Shown piece after piece: positions 61,676 to 64,000 of a stretch of DNA of 64,000 bases; within the stretch, counting starts at the first letter, position 1; each line of letters starts with the position of its first letter. Where the stretch lies: the NCBI GenBank assembly GCA_007118495.1, contig SKRM01000057.1, positions 33,580-97,579 on the forward strand, given 5' to 3'. The DNA comes from Bacteroidales bacterium. GTDB lineage: Bacteria; Bacteroidota; Bacteroidia; Bacteroidales; UBA7960. The position numbers and the translations under genes are program-made. The notes under the pieces are model-generated. The model was not told where the DNA came from. It saw only the letters and a list, made by a program, of their open reading frames with translations, and searched no databases.

Positions 61676-62295
61676 CGTTCAAGAATTAAATATGATCCAT
61701 TTGGTCCTGGAACAGAACCTTTTACAATAACTAAGTTTTTCTCTGGAATCAGTTTCATGACTTGCAGGTTGATCATTTTCACCCTGTTACCACCGGTTCG
61801 GCCTGCCATTCGCATGCCTTTAAAAACCCTTGACGGCCATGAAGACGCTCCCAGCGAACCAGGTGCGCGAAGGCGGTTATGCTGACCGTGAGTCGCCTGG
61901 CCAACACCGGCAAATCCATGCCTTTTGACAACGCCCTGAAAACCTTTACCCTTGCTGGTTCCAACAACGTCGATAAATTCACCTTCAATGAAAATATCCA
62001 CGCCCAGTACGTCACCAAACGCTTTTTGGTGCCCTTTTTCAAAACGGGTAAATTCTGCCACAACCTTTTTGGGAGTGGTGTTTGCTTTTGCAAAGTGCCC
62101 TTTAAGCGCCTTTGTGGTGCGTTTCTCCTTTTTCTCATCAAAGGCAAGCTGAATGGCTTCATAACCATCCTTTTCCTTTGTCCTGATCTGGGTAACAACA
62201 CACGGACCAGCCTCTATTACTGTGCATGGGATATTTTTACCAGAGGCATCAAATATGCTGGTCATTCCAATTTTCTTTCCAATAATTCCTGACAT
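61666..62295 (-). CDS. rplC: 50S ribosomal protein L3
   Basis: [31 protein letters not shown]. Confidence 0.98.
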   Translation of the reverse strand: MSGIIGKKIGMTSIFDASGKNIPCTVIEAGPCVVTQIRTKEKDGYEAIQLAFDEKKEKRTTKALKGHFAKANTTPKKVVAEFTRFEKGHQKAFGDVLGVDIFIEGEFIDVVGTSKGKGFQGVVKRHGFAGVGQATHGQHNRLRAPGSLGASSWPSRVFKGMRMAGRTGGNRVKMINLQVMKLIPEKNLVIVKGSVPGPNGSYLILERWS

Positions 62296-62315
62296 TTCTT
62301 GTCGCTTTTAACTGA

Positions 62316-62621
62316 TTATACCTTGATCTCCACTTCCACTCCGCTTGGCAACTCAAGTTTCATTAGCGCGTCAACGGTTTTGGATGAAGATGAGTAAATA
62401 TCCAGAAGCCTTTTGTAAGAGCATAATTGAAATTGCTCTCTTGACTTCTTATTTACAAAGGGTGACCGCAATACGGTAAAGATCTTTTTATTGGTAGGAA
62501 GCGGAATTGGTCCGTTAACTACCGCTCCGGTCGTTTTCACGGTCTTTACGATTTTCTCTGCGGATTTGTCCACCAGGTTGTAATCGTATGATTTTAATTT
62601 GATTCGAATTCTGTGACTCAC
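62316..62621 (-). CDS. rpsJ: 30S ribosomal protein S10
   Basis: [22 protein letters not shown]; GTG start. Confidence 0.98.
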   Translation of the reverse strand: MSHRIRIKLKSYDYNLVDKSAEKIVKTVKTTGAVVNGPIPLPTNKKIFTVLRSPFVNKKSREQFQLCSYKRLLDIYSSSSKTVDALMKLELPSGVEVEIKV

Positions 62622-62644
62622 GGTTCAAATGTTTTATAAAACGA

Positions 62645-64000
62645 TTAGGATTTCACACCATATAATTTAACAATCACTTCATCTGCGATATTTTGAGGAA
62701 CCTCCTGAAAATGTGAGAATTCCATGGTAGATACTGCACGACCACTTGTGAGGGTTCGCAGTGAAGTAACATATCCAAACATTTCAGACAATGGCACCTG
62801 GGCATTGATTACCTGTAGATTAGTACGCGAGCTTATGCCATTCAAATGACCACGTCTGCGGTTAATATCACCAACCACATCACCCAGGTATTCTTCAGGG
62901 GTAACAACTTCTAGTTTCATGACAGGCTCCAGCATCACAGACCTGGCTTTCTTGCATGCATTTCTGAAGGCAATCTTGGCTGCCAGCTCAAATGACAATG
63001 CATCCGAGTCGACATTGTGATAAGATCCGTCAATAAGTCGTACTTTCAGGCTCTCAACAGGAAAGCCTGCCAAAACACCATTTTGCATGGCCGCCTTGAA
63101 ACCTTTTTCAACTGCAGGGATATATTCTCTGGGAATATTTCCGCCTTTTACCTGGTCAATGAATTGAAGACCGACTACCCCTTCATCAGCAGGTCCGACT
63201 TCAACAATGATATCGGCAAATTTTCCTTTTCCACCGGTTTGCTTCTTATAAACCTCTCTGTGCTCAACGACAGAAGTAATCGCCTCTTTGTAGGCAACCT
63301 GGGGTGCTCCCTGGTTGGCCTCTACCTTGAATTCACGCTTCAACCTGTCTAAAAGAATCTCCAGATGAAGCTCTCCCATGCCGCTGATAATGGTTTGACC
63401 ACTGTCAGGATCGGTATTCACATTGAAGGTAGGATCTTCTTCAGCAAGTTTGGCAAGGGCAGCATTCAATTTATCCAGATCGGCCTGGGTTTTGGGTTCT
63501 ACTGCTACACTGATAACAGGCTCAGGAAAGGTCATTGACTCAAGTATGATCTGATGCTTTTCATCACAAAGAGAGTCACCGGTATGTATGTTCTTGAATC
63601 CGACAGCAGCACCAATATCACCCGCTTCAATGTATTCAACCGGGTTCTGCTTATTGGCATGCATTTGCAGGATGCGGCTGATTCTTTCCTTCTTCTGGGT
63701 GGTTGCATTCCACACATATGAACCCGAAGACAGTTTGCCACTGTAGACCCTGAAGAAACAGAGTCGCCCCACAAACGGATCGGTGGCAATTTTAAAGGCC
63801 AATGCAGCGAACGGTTCGTTTACATCGGCCTTACGGTATTCTGTTTTCTCATTTTTCGGGTTAATGCCGTGGATTGCCTCTACATCCATTGGTGAAGGCA
63901 GATATTTGATCACGGCATCCAGGAGGGCCTGAATGCCTTTATTCTTAAATGCAGAGCCACATAATACAGGAGTAATCCTTTGGGCAATAGTAGCCTTACG
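62645..64000 (-). CDS. fusA: Elongation factor G, 5'-truncated by window edge
   Basis: [44 protein letters not shown]; the frame stays open to the window end (..CGSAFKNKG..). Confidence 0.97.
   Translation of the reverse strand, partial: RKATIAQRITPVLCGSAFKNKGIQALLDAVIKYLPSPMDVEAIHGINPKNEKTEYRKADVNEPFAALAFKIATDPFVGRLCFFRVYSGKLSSGSYVWNATTQKKERISRILQMHANKQNPVEYIEAGDIGAAVGFKNIHTGDSLCDEKHQIILESMTFPEPVISVAVEPKTQADLDKLNAALAKLAEEDPTFNVNTDPDSGQTIISGMGELHLEILLDRLKREFKVEANQGAPQVAYKEAITSVVEHREVYKKQTGGKGKFADIIVEVGPADEGVVGLQFIDQVKGGNIPREYIPAVEKGFKAAMQNGVLAGFPVESLKVRLIDGSYHNVDSDALSFELAAKIAFRNACKKARSVMLEPVMKLEVVTPEEYLGDVVGDINRRRGHLNGISSRTNLQVINAQVPLSEMFGYVTSLRTLTSGRAVSTMEFSHFQEVPQNIADEVIVKLYGVKS

Overview
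Core-genome window of a Bacteroidota bacterium, probably Bacteroidales-like. This is inferred from many TAnnTTTG -7 promoter boxes, the fused lpxC-fabZ, porX, the secY-map-infA order and scarce Shine-Dalgarno sequences. Left to right: partial trkA and two trkH; a minus-strand operon (two DUF4491-like membrane proteins, a 109-aa membrane-anchored leader ending in RPPP, a TonB-dependent receptor, an AmpG/FptX-type MFS and a HemY-type porphyrinogen oxidase); GT2, manA, SDR and a GNAT-like protein; two tRNA-Lys; ald-tsaE-porX divergent from HD-lpxD-lpxC/fabZ-lpxA-ABC-efp-lpxD2; ccmBCDE (Cys-type CcmE); tRNA-His; GT4 with an asparagine-synthase-like gene; thioredoxin, ABC permease, pcm, oxidoreductase and priming glycosyltransferase; tRNA-Leu-tig-clpP-clpX; a TPR histidine kinase; nrfHA; a Na/Pi cotransporter; eno; and the S10-spc-alpha cluster from partial fusA to rplQ. 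No mobile elements or CRISPR arrays were seen. The best candidate for a new system is the RPPP leader. Its last codons form one arm of a 16-bp hairpin whose other arm covers the translation-initiation region of the TonB receptor, suggesting ribosome-stalling control of a putative porphyrin/tetrapyrrole salvage operon. The second-best is a candidate internal promoter with a structured leader between rplP and rpmC. All family calls are by motif recognition; no database search was run.
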